A DNA stretch of 64,000 bases from Chthoniobacterales bacterium (GCA_038203615.1 JBBRDU010000001.1:14708-78707); one strand, 5' to 3'. Positions 8,862 through 18,929 are shown, counted from the stretch's first letter. Made by a program: numbers and translations. The notes: generated by a model from the sequence alone, not told the origin.

Positions 8862-10079
8862 TTACTTTTCCTTCTTGTTGGAGAGCGCGGCCACGCCGGG
8901 CAATTCCTTCCCTTCGAGCAACTCGAGCGAAGCGCCGCCGCCCGTGGAGATAAACGTCATGCAGTCGGCCAGTCCAGCCTGCTTCACCGCCGTCACGGAA
9001 TCGCCGCCACCGATCACAGTGGTGGCGCGAGATTGGGCCAGCGCCTCGGCCATGGCGAATGTTCCTTTCGAAAAATCGGGAATCTCAAACACGCCGACCG
9101 GTCCGTTCCACAAAATGGTTTTGGCCTTGGCAATTTCCTGCTGAAAAAGCGCAATGGTGGCGTCGCCGATGTCCAAGGCGAGCCAGCCGTCGGAGATCCC
9201 ACTCTGCGGGGAGAGCCGGCTGGTATTGCGCGTTGGAGTGCCGGCGCGAATCTCTTGCGCTTCCCGCGCATCTACCGGCAACACCAGGTTGACCTTCTTC
9301 TGTCGCGCCAAATCCATCAATTCACGGGCCAGATCCAGCTTGTCCGATTCCACCCGGCTTTTGCCCACCGGAATGCCCTGGGCCTGCAAGAAAGTGTTGG
9401 CCATGGCGCCCCCAATGAGAATCGTGTCCGCCTTTTCCATGAGCGCTTTGAGCACCCCGATCTTATCGGACACCTTGGCGCCGCCCAGGATGACGAGGAA
9501 CGGTTTGGCCGGCCGATCGAGTTCTTCGTGAAGATATTTGAGTTCCTTCTCCATGAGAAAGCCCATGGCGGACTGAGGGATGAACTTCGTGATGCCGGCA
9601 GTGGAAGCGTGCGCGCGATGGGCCGCGCCGAACGCGTCGTTCACGTAGAGGTCGCCCAGCCGGGCCAAAGCCTCGGCGAATTTCGCATCGTTCGCTTCTT
9701 CTTCCGGCTGGAACCGCAAATTTTCGAGCAGGGCCACGTCGCCGTCGCGCAGACTGGCAATAATCTGCTCCGGAACTTTTCCCGTCGTTTCGTGGCTGAA
9801 GAGGACTGGGCAACCGAGCAGCGAATGGAGATAATCGGCCAGGGGGCGCAGCGAATACTTCTCGGCCCGCTGCCCTTTGGGGCGCCCGAGGTGCGACAGC
9901 AGGATCGTTTTCGCTCCCTGCTCGCGCAGGTAACGAATAGTGGGCAGCGCCTCGCGGATCCGGGTGTCGTCCGTGATATGGACATGATCTCCATGCTCCT
10001 CCAGCGGCACGTTGAAATCGACGCGCACCAGCACGCGCCGGCCGCGCACCTCGAGGTCGCGCACGGAAAGTTTATTCAT
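8862..10079 (-). CDS. pgk: phosphoglycerate kinase
   Basis: MNKLSVRDL..RVLVRVDFNVP..HLGRPKG..GGGDS. The ATG at 10079 gives the canonical N-terminus; in-frame ATGs also exist at 10094 and 10124. Confidence 0.95.
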   Translation of the reverse strand: MNKLSVRDLEVRGRRVLVRVDFNVPLEEHGDHVHITDDTRIREALPTIRYLREQGAKTILLSHLGRPKGQRAEKYSLRPLADYLHSLLGCPVLFSHETTGKVPEQIIASLRDGDVALLENLRFQPEEEANDAKFAEALARLGDLYVNDAFGAAHRAHASTAGITKFIPQSAMGFLMEKELKYLHEELDRPAKPFLVILGGAKVSDKIGVLKALMEKADTILIGGAMANTFLQAQGIPVGKSRVESDKLDLARELMDLARQKKVNLVLPVDAREAQEIRAGTPTRNTSRLSPQSGISDGWLALDIGDATIALFQQEIAKAKTILWNGPVGVFEIPDFSKGTFAMAEALAQSRATTVIGGGDSVTAVKQAGLADCMTFISTGGGASLELLEGKELPGVAALSNKKEK

Positions 10080-10158
10080 GGCCGCTGGAGTCATGGAGGG
10101 GTGGAGTGCTGTCAGTGAATTCATTGCTTCACTACTCCATCACTCCCGTTCTCCAATC

Positions 10159-11160
10159 TTATCCCCCTAACAACTCCAGCATTTCCACGCAGCGGTTGCT
10201 GTAGCCCCATTCGTTGTCGTACCAGCCGACCACTTTGAAGAATTTGTCGCCTAGGGAGAGCGTCAGTTTGCTGTCAAAAATACAGGAGTGCGGATTGCCC
10301 ACGATGTCCTGCAGAACGAGCGGCTCATTCGAAAATTCGAGCACGTTTTTGTAACTCTTGTTTTTAGCGGCCTCCTGAAACGCGGCGTTCACCTCCTCGA
10401 TGCTGGCCTTGTTCTTAAGCAACGCGGTGAAATCGGTGACCGATCCATCCGGCGTCGGAACGCGAAATGCCCCGCCATTCAGTTTTCCGTTCAACTCCGG
10501 GATGACTTCGCCGATGGCCTTGGCCGCGCCGGTGCTGGAGGGAATGATGTTGACGGCGGCGGCGCGGGCGCGCCGCAAATCCTCGTGCGGCAGATCGAGG
10601 ATGCGCTGGTCGTTCGTGTATGAGTGAATCGTGCTCATGAAACCCCATTCGATGCCAAACTGGTCGTTCAGAACCTTGACCATGGCGGCGAGGCAATTGG
10701 TCGTGCAGCTCGCGTTGGAGACGATGTGGTGTTTGGACGCATCGTAAATCTGGTCGTTGATGCCAAGGCAGATGGTGGCGTCCGGTTTCTTGGCCGGCGC
10801 GCTAATCAACACCTTGCGCGCGCCCCCTTTGGAAATGTGCAGTTCCGCTTTTTCGCGGCTCGTGAAAAACCCGGTCGATTCCAGGACTACGTCCACCTTC
10901 AAGTTTTTCCAGGGCAAAGCCGCCGGATCGCGCTCCTTCAAGATCTTGATCTGATGGCCGCGCACAACGATGTTTTCCTCATCGTATCCGACTTCGCCGT
11001 CGAATTTTCCGTGGACCGAATCCCATTTCAGGAGATGAGCGAGGGTGTGCGTGTCGGTCAAGTCGTTGACCGCGCGGACCTGCTCTACTTGTTGCTGCGT
11101 CATGGCGCGCAGAACATTGCGCCCGATGCGTCCGAAGCCGTTGATAGCGTAGTTAGCCAT
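10159..11160 (-). CDS. gap: glyceraldehyde-3-phosphate dehydrogenase
   Basis: INGFGRIGR, SNASCTTNCL, WYDNEWGYS. Confidence 0.95.
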   Translation of the reverse strand: MANYAINGFGRIGRNVLRAMTQQQVEQVRAVNDLTDTHTLAHLLKWDSVHGKFDGEVGYDEENIVVRGHQIKILKERDPAALPWKNLKVDVVLESTGFFTSREKAELHISKGGARKVLISAPAKKPDATICLGINDQIYDASKHHIVSNASCTTNCLAAMVKVLNDQFGIEWGFMSTIHSYTNDQRILDLPHEDLRRARAAAVNIIPSSTGAAKAIGEVIPELNGKLNGGAFRVPTPDGSVTDFTALLKNKASIEEVNAAFQEAAKNKSYKNVLEFSNEPLVLQDIVGNPHSCIFDSKLTLSLGDKFFKVVGWYDNEWGYSNRCVEMLELLGG

Positions 11161-11288
11161 AGGAAAAGGGTTGGATGGTTACAGGGTTGAAGAGTTACAC
11201 GGTGAACGCGAATGGCCGAAGGTTCAACCGCGGTCCGAGCCGGACAGGTCGGCGTCCAAGTTTGAATCGATTTTCGTTCAAACCGGGG

Positions 11289-11972
11289 ATGCTCCGGTCA
11301 ACCAGAAAGTGGATGGCTCTTTTCCTGGGAGCCGCGGTTTGGTGCGCTGCATCCGCGCGGGGCACGGGCCACGATTTCCCACGCAGGAAAACCATCCTCG
11401 TGCTGGGCGACAGCCTTTCGGACGGATTCGGGTTGCGGCGGAGCGAGGCTTATCCGGCGCTGCTGGTCGCCAAACTTCGCCGGGCAGGATGGAATTACGA
11501 AGTCATTAATGCCAGCCAGAGCGGCGGCACCGCCGAAGGGGGGCTGCGCCGTTTGCCGCCTCATTTCCAGCGCAGGATCGATATTTTCGTCCTGGAGTTG
11601 GGCATTAATGACGTCTTCCGCGCCGTGCCTGTTGGCGAAATTCGAAACAATCTCCAGGCCATCATCGACCGGGTTCGTGAGAGAAATCCGGCGGTGCGAA
11701 TCGTGATCACAGGCGTGCAAGTTCCGCAGTATTCAGTGGAAGATGATGTCCCGGCCTTCAGCCGGATGTACGCGGATGTGGCCGCGCAAAACGGCGCGGC
11801 TCTCGTGCCCTCATTGCTCGAAGGGGTGGCGGGCGATCCGGGTTTGAACTTGCCCGACCGGCTTCATCCGAACGCGGCCGGGCAGCAAGTTCTGGCGCAG
11901 AATGTCTGGCGCGTGCTGGAGCCAATCGCCCGCGAAGTTGCAAAGGTATCGGCACCGGCCCATCGTCCCTGA
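11289..11972 (+). CDS. SGNH/GDSL hydrolase (TesA/arylesterase-like), secreted
   Basis: Has ILVLGDSLSDGFG (block I) and a DRLHPN-type block V. The start at 11289 gives a signal peptide (MLRSTRKWMALFLGAAVWCAASA). The track ORF begins at 11175. Confidence 0.8.
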   Translation: MLRSTRKWMALFLGAAVWCAASARGTGHDFPRRKTILVLGDSLSDGFGLRRSEAYPALLVAKLRRAGWNYEVINASQSGGTAEGGLRRLPPHFQRRIDIFVLELGINDVFRAVPVGEIRNNLQAIIDRVRERNPAVRIVITGVQVPQYSVEDDVPAFSRMYADVAAQNGAALVPSLLEGVAGDPGLNLPDRLHPNAAGQQVLAQNVWRVLEPIAREVAKVSAPAHRP

Positions 11973-11978
11973 GAAACG

Positions 11979-12269
11979 ATGGACCCCGCGCGACCAGACG
12001 AAGCCGATCCAGCCGACCCGTTCAATCTCGAACGGGCCGATCATCCGATTCTCGAAACGATCGAAATCGCGACCGAAGGTAAAGAGCACGACGAGTGTGT
12101 CCGGCAGTTGAGCGAGCCACTCCTGCGCATCCCGGGAGTGTGCGCCGTCAAGGTCGATCCCGAACACGAGAGGGTGACGGTCACGTTCGATGCGCGCAAA
12201 ACGCACGCGCCGGATCTGCACGACGCCATTCTGCGAAGCGGCTACAAGGCCGCTCCGGAAGCGGAGTGA
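11979..12269 (+). CDS. small HMA-fold-like protein (no CxxC)
   Basis: The 96-aa ORF starts 7 nt after the upstream stop. The ..IPGVCAVKVDPEHERVTVTFDA....LHDAILRSGYKA pattern resembles heavy-metal-associated domains, but only one Cys is present. Confidence 0.4.
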   Translation: MDPARPDEADPADPFNLERADHPILETIEIATEGKEHDECVRQLSEPLLRIPGVCAVKVDPEHERVTVTFDARKTHAPDLHDAILRSGYKAAPEAE

Positions 12270-12454
12270 GACCTCACCAGCGCTCCGTGGATCACGCCTG
12301 GATATCGCGTGACGCCGCCTGCATGGGTGTGATCCTTCGCCGTCTGCGCGGGCTCCCGCCACGGCGGGCAGGCAGGATGACAAGGTAAGGACTTCGCGCT
12401 GCGATGTCCGCGCCCATGGTATGCCAGCAAAGTGGACGCCGCGCCGCGGCGCCC

Positions 12455-13507
12455 CTACCTGTGTGACACGGCCGGTTGCTGTTGCGTCAGGCAGTGAAAG
12501 GCGCCAAGGCCCCAAATGAGTTCCTGGCAATCAATGCCGATGACGCGCCGGTCGGGGAATAAAGCGGTTAGCCTCTCGAGGACTTGCTGGTCGTTCGGAT
12601 CGGCATAGGTTGGAACGAGAACATTTTTGTTTGCGATATAAAAATTCGCGTAGCTGGCCGGCAGCACCAGATCCTCGCGCATCATCCGGCGGGGCATGGG
12701 CAGCTCGATGATCTCGAGCGGTTGCCCGTCGATTCTCATGGCGCGCAGGCGCCGCAGGTTTTCCTGGAGCGGTTCGTAATTCGCGCTGCCTCGGTCTTCC
12801 TCCACCACCGTGACGACCGTTCTTTCCGAAACAAAGCGGGCAAGATTATCGATATGACCGTCGGTGTCATCCCCCTCGGTGCCTTGGCCTAACCAAAGGA
12901 TTTGCTGGACTCCCAGATATTCGCGCAAGCGGGATTCAATTTCCGCGCGGCTCAGGTGCGGGTTGCGGTTTTTATTTAAGAGACAGCCCTCGCTCGTGAG
13001 CAGAGCGCCCTTTCCGTTCACTTCGATCGCACCGCCCTCCAAAATCATGCGCGGATAAAACGCCCGCACTTTCAAGATTTCCGCGATCCGCGTCGGCACC
13101 ACTTCGTCCTGCTCGAAAGGCGGGTATTTGCCCCCCCAGGCGTTATAATCCCAGTCGACGATGGCGAGCTGCGGTTCTTCCTGGCGGGTCAGAAAAATCG
13201 GACCGTGGTCACGACACCAGGGCTCGTTCGTGGGCACGTGATGAAAAGTGATGCGCTCCAGGCGCAAGCCTTCGAGCACGGTGCGCGCTTCTGCTTCATG
13301 CGTGGAATGGCCGACGTTGATGCAGACCTCTTCGGATTCAATGAGCGCCTCGACCATCGTCCGCAGGGTGGGCAGAACGCGATCGAGCGAACCGGGAAAG
13401 CTGATGGTTTCGCGGCGTGGCCAGGACAGCCACGTCGCGATGTGCGGTTCCCATTCCGCCGGCATGCGATAGCCAAGGCTGGCCGGCGTCTTCTTCAGTC
13501 CATCCAT
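12455..13507 (-). CDS. aguA: agmatine deiminase
   Basis: YRMPAEWEPH near the N-terminus and a C-terminal ..GAFHCLTQQQP (catalytic Cys context) of the PAD_porph family. Confidence 0.9.
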   Translation of the reverse strand: MDGLKKTPASLGYRMPAEWEPHIATWLSWPRRETISFPGSLDRVLPTLRTMVEALIESEEVCINVGHSTHEAEARTVLEGLRLERITFHHVPTNEPWCRDHGPIFLTRQEEPQLAIVDWDYNAWGGKYPPFEQDEVVPTRIAEILKVRAFYPRMILEGGAIEVNGKGALLTSEGCLLNKNRNPHLSRAEIESRLREYLGVQQILWLGQGTEGDDTDGHIDNLARFVSERTVVTVVEEDRGSANYEPLQENLRRLRAMRIDGQPLEIIELPMPRRMMREDLVLPASYANFYIANKNVLVPTYADPNDQQVLERLTALFPDRRVIGIDCQELIWGLGAFHCLTQQQPAVSHR

Positions 13508-13821
13508 GAGCGCAAACGTGCGCCGCCCAGAGCTTGCCGTCCAACGTCAATGCAACAGCCGGCCAAATCCGGAAATCCGCCAGGCCCAAGAGGTCGCGAT
13601 TGACATTGATTTCGCGAGAAAACAGCATCTCCTATCCGGCGGTCGGCGCTACCCGGGGTCGCCTGCAACTGCTCTATGCGTGTAAATCAACACTGGAAAA
13701 ACGGGACGACTGAAAGAGAGTGCGGGCGTCCGTCGGGCGCTGAGTCGGTCGTTTTGCGCGGTGGCGTTTTTCTGCCGCGCACTGGCTATCGGTTGTTCGC
13801 CGAGCCCTCCGGTGGCCCACG

Positions 13822-14955
13822 TTGAGAAAGAACGCGCTCGCTGAAGTCATCCGCGAAGAGATTCGCCAAACGGGCCCCATCTCTTTCGCGCGTTTCGTAG
13901 AGCACGCGCTTTATCATCCGGACTCCGGGTATTATTCGTCGGACCGCGCGGCCCCGGGCCGCCACGGCGATTATTTCACCAACGTCAGTGTCGGTCCCGC
14001 TTTCGGACAGATGCTGGCCTGGCAATTCCAGGAGATCTGGAAAAACATGGGCGCGTCGAGTGACTTTGTTCTGGTCGAGCAGGGCGCGCATCGCGGCGAC
14101 CTGGCGCGCGATGTTCTGCAGGCCATTCAGGAGGAGGCGCCGGCTCTCTTCGCCGTTCTAAGGTATGAAATCGTGGAGCCATCCCGGCCTTTGCAAAATC
14201 GCCAACGGGAGACCCTGGCGGAATTTTACGGCAAAGTTGCCTGGCGCGAGTCGGTTGACGCATTGGAACCGTTCGAGGGTATCCATTTCAGCAACGAATT
14301 GTTCGATGCTTTGCCCTTTCATTTGCTCTCTTCGCGCGGAGCGGTCGCGCCGCCCTGGATGGAAAGATGCGTTGCGATCGATCGAGATGAATTCGTTTTT
14401 TCCGAGGAATCCATAACGAATTCCGCCCTGCGGACGCAGGTCGCTCGGTTGCCTGCGCGCCCGGTCGGCTATCAAACCGAGGTCAATCTGGCCGCGCTCC
14501 AATTGATGCGCGATCTCTCCCGGAAAGCGAGACGCGGTTACGTCATCGCTGTGGATTACGGATTTTCACGCGCTCAATTCTACGACGAAGAGCGACGAAC
14601 GGGCACGATGCAGATCCGCGCGCAGCATCGCCTGCTCGAATCGCCCTTCGAGGGGATCGGCCAATCCGACATCACGGCCCACGTGGAGTGGACCTCCCTG
14701 GTTGAAGAAGCGGAAGCGTCCGGCCTTGTCCTGAGCGGCTTTACCGATCAACACCATTTTCTCACCGGCATCCTCGCGGCGTTTCCCGAGTTGACCGAAA
14801 ATACACTACCCAAGACACGACGGGCCTGGCAAACACTGCTCCATCCGGAGATGCTCGGCCGCAGCTTCCAGGTGCTGGCCCTGAGCCGGGGGATGGACGA
14901 TTCACCGCCGCTCAGCGGCTTCAAATTTGCAAGAGACCCGCGCGCCGCTTTGTAA
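13822..14955 (+). CDS. MidA/NDUFAF7-family SAM-dependent methyltransferase (COG1565)
   Basis: N-terminal GPISFARFVEHALYHPDSGYY and LVEQGAHRGDLARD. TTG start; no ATG nearby. Confidence 0.8.
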   Translation: MRKNALAEVIREEIRQTGPISFARFVEHALYHPDSGYYSSDRAAPGRHGDYFTNVSVGPAFGQMLAWQFQEIWKNMGASSDFVLVEQGAHRGDLARDVLQAIQEEAPALFAVLRYEIVEPSRPLQNRQRETLAEFYGKVAWRESVDALEPFEGIHFSNELFDALPFHLLSSRGAVAPPWMERCVAIDRDEFVFSEESITNSALRTQVARLPARPVGYQTEVNLAALQLMRDLSRKARRGYVIAVDYGFSRAQFYDEERRTGTMQIRAQHRLLESPFEGIGQSDITAHVEWTSLVEEAEASGLVLSGFTDQHHFLTGILAAFPELTENTLPKTRRAWQTLLHPEMLGRSFQVLALSRGMDDSPPLSGFKFARDPRAAL

Positions 14956-14974
14956 TCGTCCGCGCCCGCTTCTC

Positions 14975-15082
14975 CAGGTAGGGACGCCGCGCTGCGGCGT
15001 CCACGCCGCGCGGGTCTTTCTTGATCCGTATCCAAGGACGCCCCCACGCCACGGCGGGTAAACTGCGGTGCGTCCCTACCTG
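14975..15082. repeat. inverted 13-nt pair CAGGTAGGGACGC / GCGTCCCTACCTG with an internal GC hairpin
   Basis: The pair is 14975-14987 and 15070-15082. The hairpin GACGCCGC-GCT-GCGGCGTC is at 14983-15001. Related CCCTACCTG / CAGGTAGGG motifs occur near 12447, 30019 and 40732. Confidence 0.6.
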
Positions 15083-15183
15083 AATGAAGTGGATCGCCGC
15101 CCGCATCCGCGAAATTTCTTTTTTCTTCCTTCGCCGCTTGTCATTCTTGCGGTACGGCTCACTCCGGTGGAGGCCGCTGCTGT

Positions 15184-15924
15184 TTGAAGAATTACCTCAA
15201 GCTCAACGTCAGCCTGCTTTATTGGGTGTTTGTCGCGCCGTTCACCGGCCGCATGTTCAAGATCTCGCCTGTTTTTCGGCAAATGGTTTTCATCGGGGTG
15301 CGGGCTGCACCCATGGTCGCCCTGACTGCCTTCAGCGTTGGCGTGACCCTTGCCATGCAGGCCGCGCATTCGCTTCGGCAATTGGGAGCGGAAATTTACG
15401 TGCCCGACCTGGTCATGGTCACGCTCTTACGCGAGATGGGCCCCGTCCTTATCGCCGTCATCGTGATCGGGCGCAGCGGATCCGCGGTGGCGGCGGAGAT
15501 CGGCACGATGCGGGTTTCCGAGGAAATCGAAGCGCTTGAGGTTATGGCCATTAATCCGATTCAATATTTGGTGGTGCCGCGTTTTCTGGCCATGCTCGTG
15601 ATGCTCCCGGTGCTGACCATCTTTGGAAATTATGTCGGAATCTTTGGCGGCTGGGCCGTCTGCCGGTTTGCCCTCGATTTCAATACCGCTGGCTACATCA
15701 TGCGCGCCCTCGAGAGTGCGAAAACCTGGGATTTATATTCAGGCATGATCAAAAGCGCCGTCTTCGCCTGGATCGTCATCACGATCGCGTGCAATGCAGG
15801 CTTGCACGTGGACGGTGGCGCCGAAGGCGTCGGTCAGGCTACCACCACTTCCGTGGTGCAGGCCCTTCTGGCCATGCTCGTGACGAATGCTCTCCTCACC
15901 GGGCTGTTCTTTTTTGTGGCATGA
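15184..15924 (+). CDS. mlaE: Mla-type ABC transporter permease
   Basis: 246-aa polytopic protein of MlaE/Ttg2B type (..FRQMVFIGVRAAPMVALTAFSVGVTLAMQ..). TTG start; the exact start is uncertain. Confidence 0.85.
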   Translation: MKNYLKLNVSLLYWVFVAPFTGRMFKISPVFRQMVFIGVRAAPMVALTAFSVGVTLAMQAAHSLRQLGAEIYVPDLVMVTLLREMGPVLIAVIVIGRSGSAVAAEIGTMRVSEEIEALEVMAINPIQYLVVPRFLAMLVMLPVLTIFGNYVGIFGGWAVCRFALDFNTAGYIMRALESAKTWDLYSGMIKSAVFAWIVITIACNAGLHVDGGAEGVGQATTTSVVQALLAMLVTNALLTGLFFFVA

Positions 15925-16775
15925 ACGCGCCCCTCGAACCCGTCATCGAAGTGTCCAACCTCTTCCGGAAATTCGGGGACCGTTCCGTCATTGATAATGT
16001 CTCACTCACGATCCATCGCGGGGAGACGCTCGTCATCATGGGCGGGAGCGGTTGTGGCAAGAGCACTCTCTTGCGGCATATCATCGGAGTCATGAAACCG
16101 ACTTCCGGCTCGGTCAGGATCTTCGGGGAAGAAATCACGTCCATGAACGAGCGCGAGATCGCGGGAGTGCGCACGCGTTTCGGCATGTTGTTTCAATCGG
16201 GCGCCCTGCTCGCCTCCCTCACCGTGGGAGAGAATGTCGCGCTCCCCCTTCTCCAGCACACCGATCTGCCGCCCGAAGAGGTGGAAGAGATCGTTCGGAA
16301 AAAATTACAGATGGTCGGGCTGAGCGGGTTTGAAAAGCTCAAGCCCTCCGAGATCAGCGGCGGCATGAAGAAGCGCGTGGGATTGGCGCGGGCTCTCGTG
16401 CTCGACCCGGAGTTGCTCTTCAGTGACGAGCCGACCTCTGGCCTCGATCCGATCATGACCGCAGTGGTCGATCAACTCACGCTCAAACTCACCCGCGCCA
16501 ATCACATGACGGCGGTGGTCGTGACGCACGACATGACCAGCGCATTTCGCATCGCCACGCGCATGATCATGCTGGGGGGTGGACGGATCGTGGCGCAGGG
16601 CACCCCCGAAGAAATTCGCAACGATCCTCACCCGGAAGTGCAACAATTTATCCATGGCCAGCCCGATGGGGCCGTGCCCCTGAATCTTTCGCACGACGAG
16701 CATGGACATCATCAACACGTGAAACCGCGGCCCTTTGTCCGGGCCCGGCATCGCTTCCACCATAAGACCGCATGA
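15921..16775 (+). CDS. mlaF: Mla-type ABC transporter ATP-binding protein with a His-rich C-terminal tail
   Basis: Walker A GGSGCGKST, signature SGGMKKRVGLAR, Walker B LLFSDEPTSGLD. The ATG at 15921 overlaps the mlaE stop (ATGA). Confidence 0.9.
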   Translation: MNAPLEPVIEVSNLFRKFGDRSVIDNVSLTIHRGETLVIMGGSGCGKSTLLRHIIGVMKPTSGSVRIFGEEITSMNEREIAGVRTRFGMLFQSGALLASLTVGENVALPLLQHTDLPPEEVEEIVRKKLQMVGLSGFEKLKPSEISGGMKKRVGLARALVLDPELLFSDEPTSGLDPIMTAVVDQLTLKLTRANHMTAVVVTHDMTSAFRIATRMIMLGGGRIVAQGTPEEIRNDPHPEVQQFIHGQPDGAVPLNLSHDEHGHHQHVKPRPFVRARHRFHHKTA

Positions 16776-17653
16776 AACGAAATCTGTCCGACTACATTGT
16801 TGCCCTCGCCGTCATCGCCTGCAGCGCGGTGTTGTTAGGCGCGCTGACCATTGCCCTTTCCGGCTATCGTTTGAAAACGCCGGAACGCACCCTGCAAATT
16901 GATTATGAAGATGTCACCGGCATCAAGATTCATTCGGAAGTGCGTTATGCGGGCGCGCCGGCCGGGCGAGTCATCGCCCTGCGCCACCTGAGTGCGGTCG
17001 AGCGGACCGGCGCGGTTAATAAACGCGACGCCGTACGGGTGACGGTCAGCCTCGACGACAAGATTCCGCCCATGCCGGCTGACGTGCAGGCCACGCTCAG
17101 CTCCGACACGTTGCTGGCACCCAAGTTCGTGGCGCTCTCCGCCGGCACCCCGGGTGGCAGGACTTTGGCGAACAACTCTATTATAGAAGGGCATCCGGCC
17201 TACGGGATCGAACAGATCACCGCGGCCGCCGGTCCTCTCTTCGATCATGCCAACGTTCTGCTCGACAGCTTGAACGGCACGGTCGCGGACTTGAAGAGCG
17301 GTCTGGCCGGCTTCATGCCGAAGATGCCTTTCCTGATCGACTCCGCCAAGGCCGACTTCGACCAGTTGCAGAAGGTCGTGCAAGGTTTGACCGAGGTGGA
17401 GACGAAGGCGGGCACAGTGTTGGGCTCCGCCAACGATTTCTTGGGGAACACCGACAAAGAGCTGCAGGAACAATTAAAACAACTGCACGTGACCTTGATG
17501 AATCTGAAGGTGATCACAACCCACGCGAAAGCTTTGACCGAGGCCCTCGGCGAAAAACCAAATCGCCTCATCTTCAGCGGCAAACCGGCCAAGCTCACGT
17601 CTGAAGAAGAAATTCTGAAAAGTCGTCAACCCCTCCCGGCTAAAGCTCCCTGA
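16772..17653 (+). CDS. mlaD: MCE-domain substrate-binding protein
   Basis: N-terminal TM helix followed by an MCE-like domain. The ATG overlaps the mlaF stop (ATGA). Confidence 0.8.
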   Translation: MKRNLSDYIVALAVIACSAVLLGALTIALSGYRLKTPERTLQIDYEDVTGIKIHSEVRYAGAPAGRVIALRHLSAVERTGAVNKRDAVRVTVSLDDKIPPMPADVQATLSSDTLLAPKFVALSAGTPGGRTLANNSIIEGHPAYGIEQITAAAGPLFDHANVLLDSLNGTVADLKSGLAGFMPKMPFLIDSAKADFDQLQKVVQGLTEVETKAGTVLGSANDFLGNTDKELQEQLKQLHVTLMNLKVITTHAKALTEALGEKPNRLIFSGKPAKLTSEEEILKSRQPLPAKAP

Positions 17654-17675
17654 CTCCCGTCCTCCGCCGATCGGC

Positions 17676-17763
17676 GCGAAACCTCGCTTGTCAGGGCGGG
17701 TTGCATGGTCGATATCGATTTCCACATTCGGTCCTTATGAAATTTTTTCGCATTCTCCTCCTG
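17676..17763 (+). repeat. 88-bp direct repeat, upstream copy
   Basis: 84/88 identical to 18930-19017. It contains ATGAAATTTTTTCGCATTCTCCTCCTG, a copy of the lysozyme gene start. Confidence 0.9.
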
Positions 17764-17773
17764 TGCAATCGAA

Positions 17774-17805
17774 GATTGGGGTCGTATCTAAATATTTGAC
17801 ATTTT
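17774..17805 (+). repeat. left inverted repeat of the Y1-DnaA_C element
   Basis: GATTGGGGTCGTATCTAAATATTTGACATTTT. It matches the reverse complement of 18803-18834 at 28/32. It ends 25 nt before the ATG. Confidence 0.85.
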
Positions 17806-17830
17806 TTCTCGGATTAGGGAGGGTTGGTGG

Positions 17831-18820
17831 ATGGCACGGGCGTTGCGGCTGGAGTTTGAAGGAGCGCTGTATCATATTTGTGCGCGTGGGAATCGCCGGG
17901 AGCGCATTTTCGCTGACGAGCAGGATTGCGAGCGTTTTCTTCTCCTGTTGCGGGAATCAATTGGCCGCTACGAAGTGGAAGTTCACGCCTACGTCCTTTT
18001 GCCCAACCACTTTCATCTTCTGGCGCGGACGCTCAAGGCGAACCTCAGCCGATGGATGCACTGGCTGGTGGCGGTTTATAGCATTCAGTTTAATCGCCGG
18101 CACAAGAAGACGGGCCATCTTTTCCAGGGCCGTTACAAGAGCTTTGTGGTCGATGGCGGGGATTACCTGCTCGGGGTGAGCCGTTATTTGCATCTTAACC
18201 CGGTGCGTGGCCGGGTCATCGGAGCGGGTGATCCCAAAGAACGGCGAGGGCGCCTGCGGGCCTATCCCTGGAGCAGTTATCGGGGTTACGCGGGCCTGGG
18301 AAAACAGGATGACTTTGTCAGCGAAGAGTTGGTTTTAGGCGAGTTTGGCGGACGACTCATTCAGCAGGACAAGCTTCGCTACCGGCGCTTTGTCGAAGAG
18401 GGTCTGTTCCGTGAGATCGAAAACCCCTTCGAGGCCGTGCAATGGCAAATGGTGTTGGGTGGCGAATCGCTGGTGCGAAGAGTCAAAGACAAGCTGCGAG
18501 CTAAAGGGGATCAATCGCGAGAAGTCACGGGGTTGCGCCGCGCCGCCAGTAGAAGTCAGCCGAAGGGGCTGGTGGCGCTGGTGGCATCGCATTGCGGAAT
18601 TTCGGTAGCCAAACTTCTACGAAAACCGGCCTACGGGTCGGAGGCTCATAACCTGGCTATTTGGCTGGTCTGGCAAAACAGTGGGCTGACCCTGCGTGAG
18701 ATTGGCATGATGTTTGGCGGAATCGACTATGCGGCCGTGAGCCAGCGGATCAGGCGAATTGAAAAGCGGGCAGAAACTGACAATCGATTAAGGCAAACAC
18801 TCAAAATATTGAATATTTAG
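17831..18820 (+). CDS. IS200/RAYT-like HUH Y1 transposase fused to a DnaA domain IV-like HTH
   Basis: YHICARGN.., HUH motif LLPNHFHLLA, catalytic Tyr RYLHLNPV. The C-terminal ~90 aa (..NSGLTLREIGMMFGGIDYAAVSQRIRRIE..) resemble Bac_DnaA_C. Confidence 0.8.
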   Translation: MARALRLEFEGALYHICARGNRRERIFADEQDCERFLLLLRESIGRYEVEVHAYVLLPNHFHLLARTLKANLSRWMHWLVAVYSIQFNRRHKKTGHLFQGRYKSFVVDGGDYLLGVSRYLHLNPVRGRVIGAGDPKERRGRLRAYPWSSYRGYAGLGKQDDFVSEELVLGEFGGRLIQQDKLRYRRFVEEGLFREIENPFEAVQWQMVLGGESLVRRVKDKLRAKGDQSREVTGLRRAASRSQPKGLVALVASHCGISVAKLLRKPAYGSEAHNLAIWLVWQNSGLTLREIGMMFGGIDYAAVSQRIRRIEKRAETDNRLRQTLKILNI

Positions 18821-18834
18821 ATACGGCCCCAATC
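18803..18834 (-). repeat. right inverted repeat of the Y1-DnaA_C element
   Basis: The reverse complement reads GATTGGGGCCGTATCTAAATATTCAATATTTT. It overlaps the TAG stop (18818-18820). It contains the palindrome AAATATTCAATATTT. Confidence 0.85.
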
Positions 18835-18863
18835 CCCCCAAAACGGCCCCAATCCCCCCAAAA
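18824..18863 (+). repeat. perfect 20-nt tandem duplication
   Basis: CGGCCCCAATCCCCCCAAAA x2. The first unit overlaps the end of the right inverted repeat. Confidence 0.9.
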
Positions 18864-18929
18864 GCGGACATGACATGAGGGTGGTTCTTCGCGTAAAGGT
18901 CGAACAACGTCTTGGGATGCTCAGCTAGG

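Larger units (their letters stand above)
17764..18929 (+). mobile_element. 1.17-kb insertion carrying an HUH/Y1 transposase-DnaA_C gene
   Basis: The segment lies between the two 88-bp direct repeats. It contains 32-bp imperfect inverted repeats (17774-17805 / 18803-18834) around a single intact ORF. Confidence 0.65.

Noticed and set aside
9033-10118. A 361-aa plus-strand ORF, and similar long ORFs such as 48105..49316, 54206..55198, 58057..59037, 35006..35728, 23511..24359 and 11811..12530.
   Set aside because: They are antisense to, or out of frame with, genes that have unmistakable motifs (pgk, nuoN, nuoL, GT2, YdeI, dehydratase). Their Arg/Gly/Ala/Pro-rich, low-complexity translations are typical of spurious ORFs in high-GC DNA.
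17796-17831. TTGACA inside the left inverted repeat as the -35 box of the transposase promoter (also present in units A and C).
   Set aside because: There is no acceptable -10 hexamer at 16-19 nt spacing in any copy. At 17796 the ATG is only about 30 nt downstream. The hexamer may simply be part of the repeat core.
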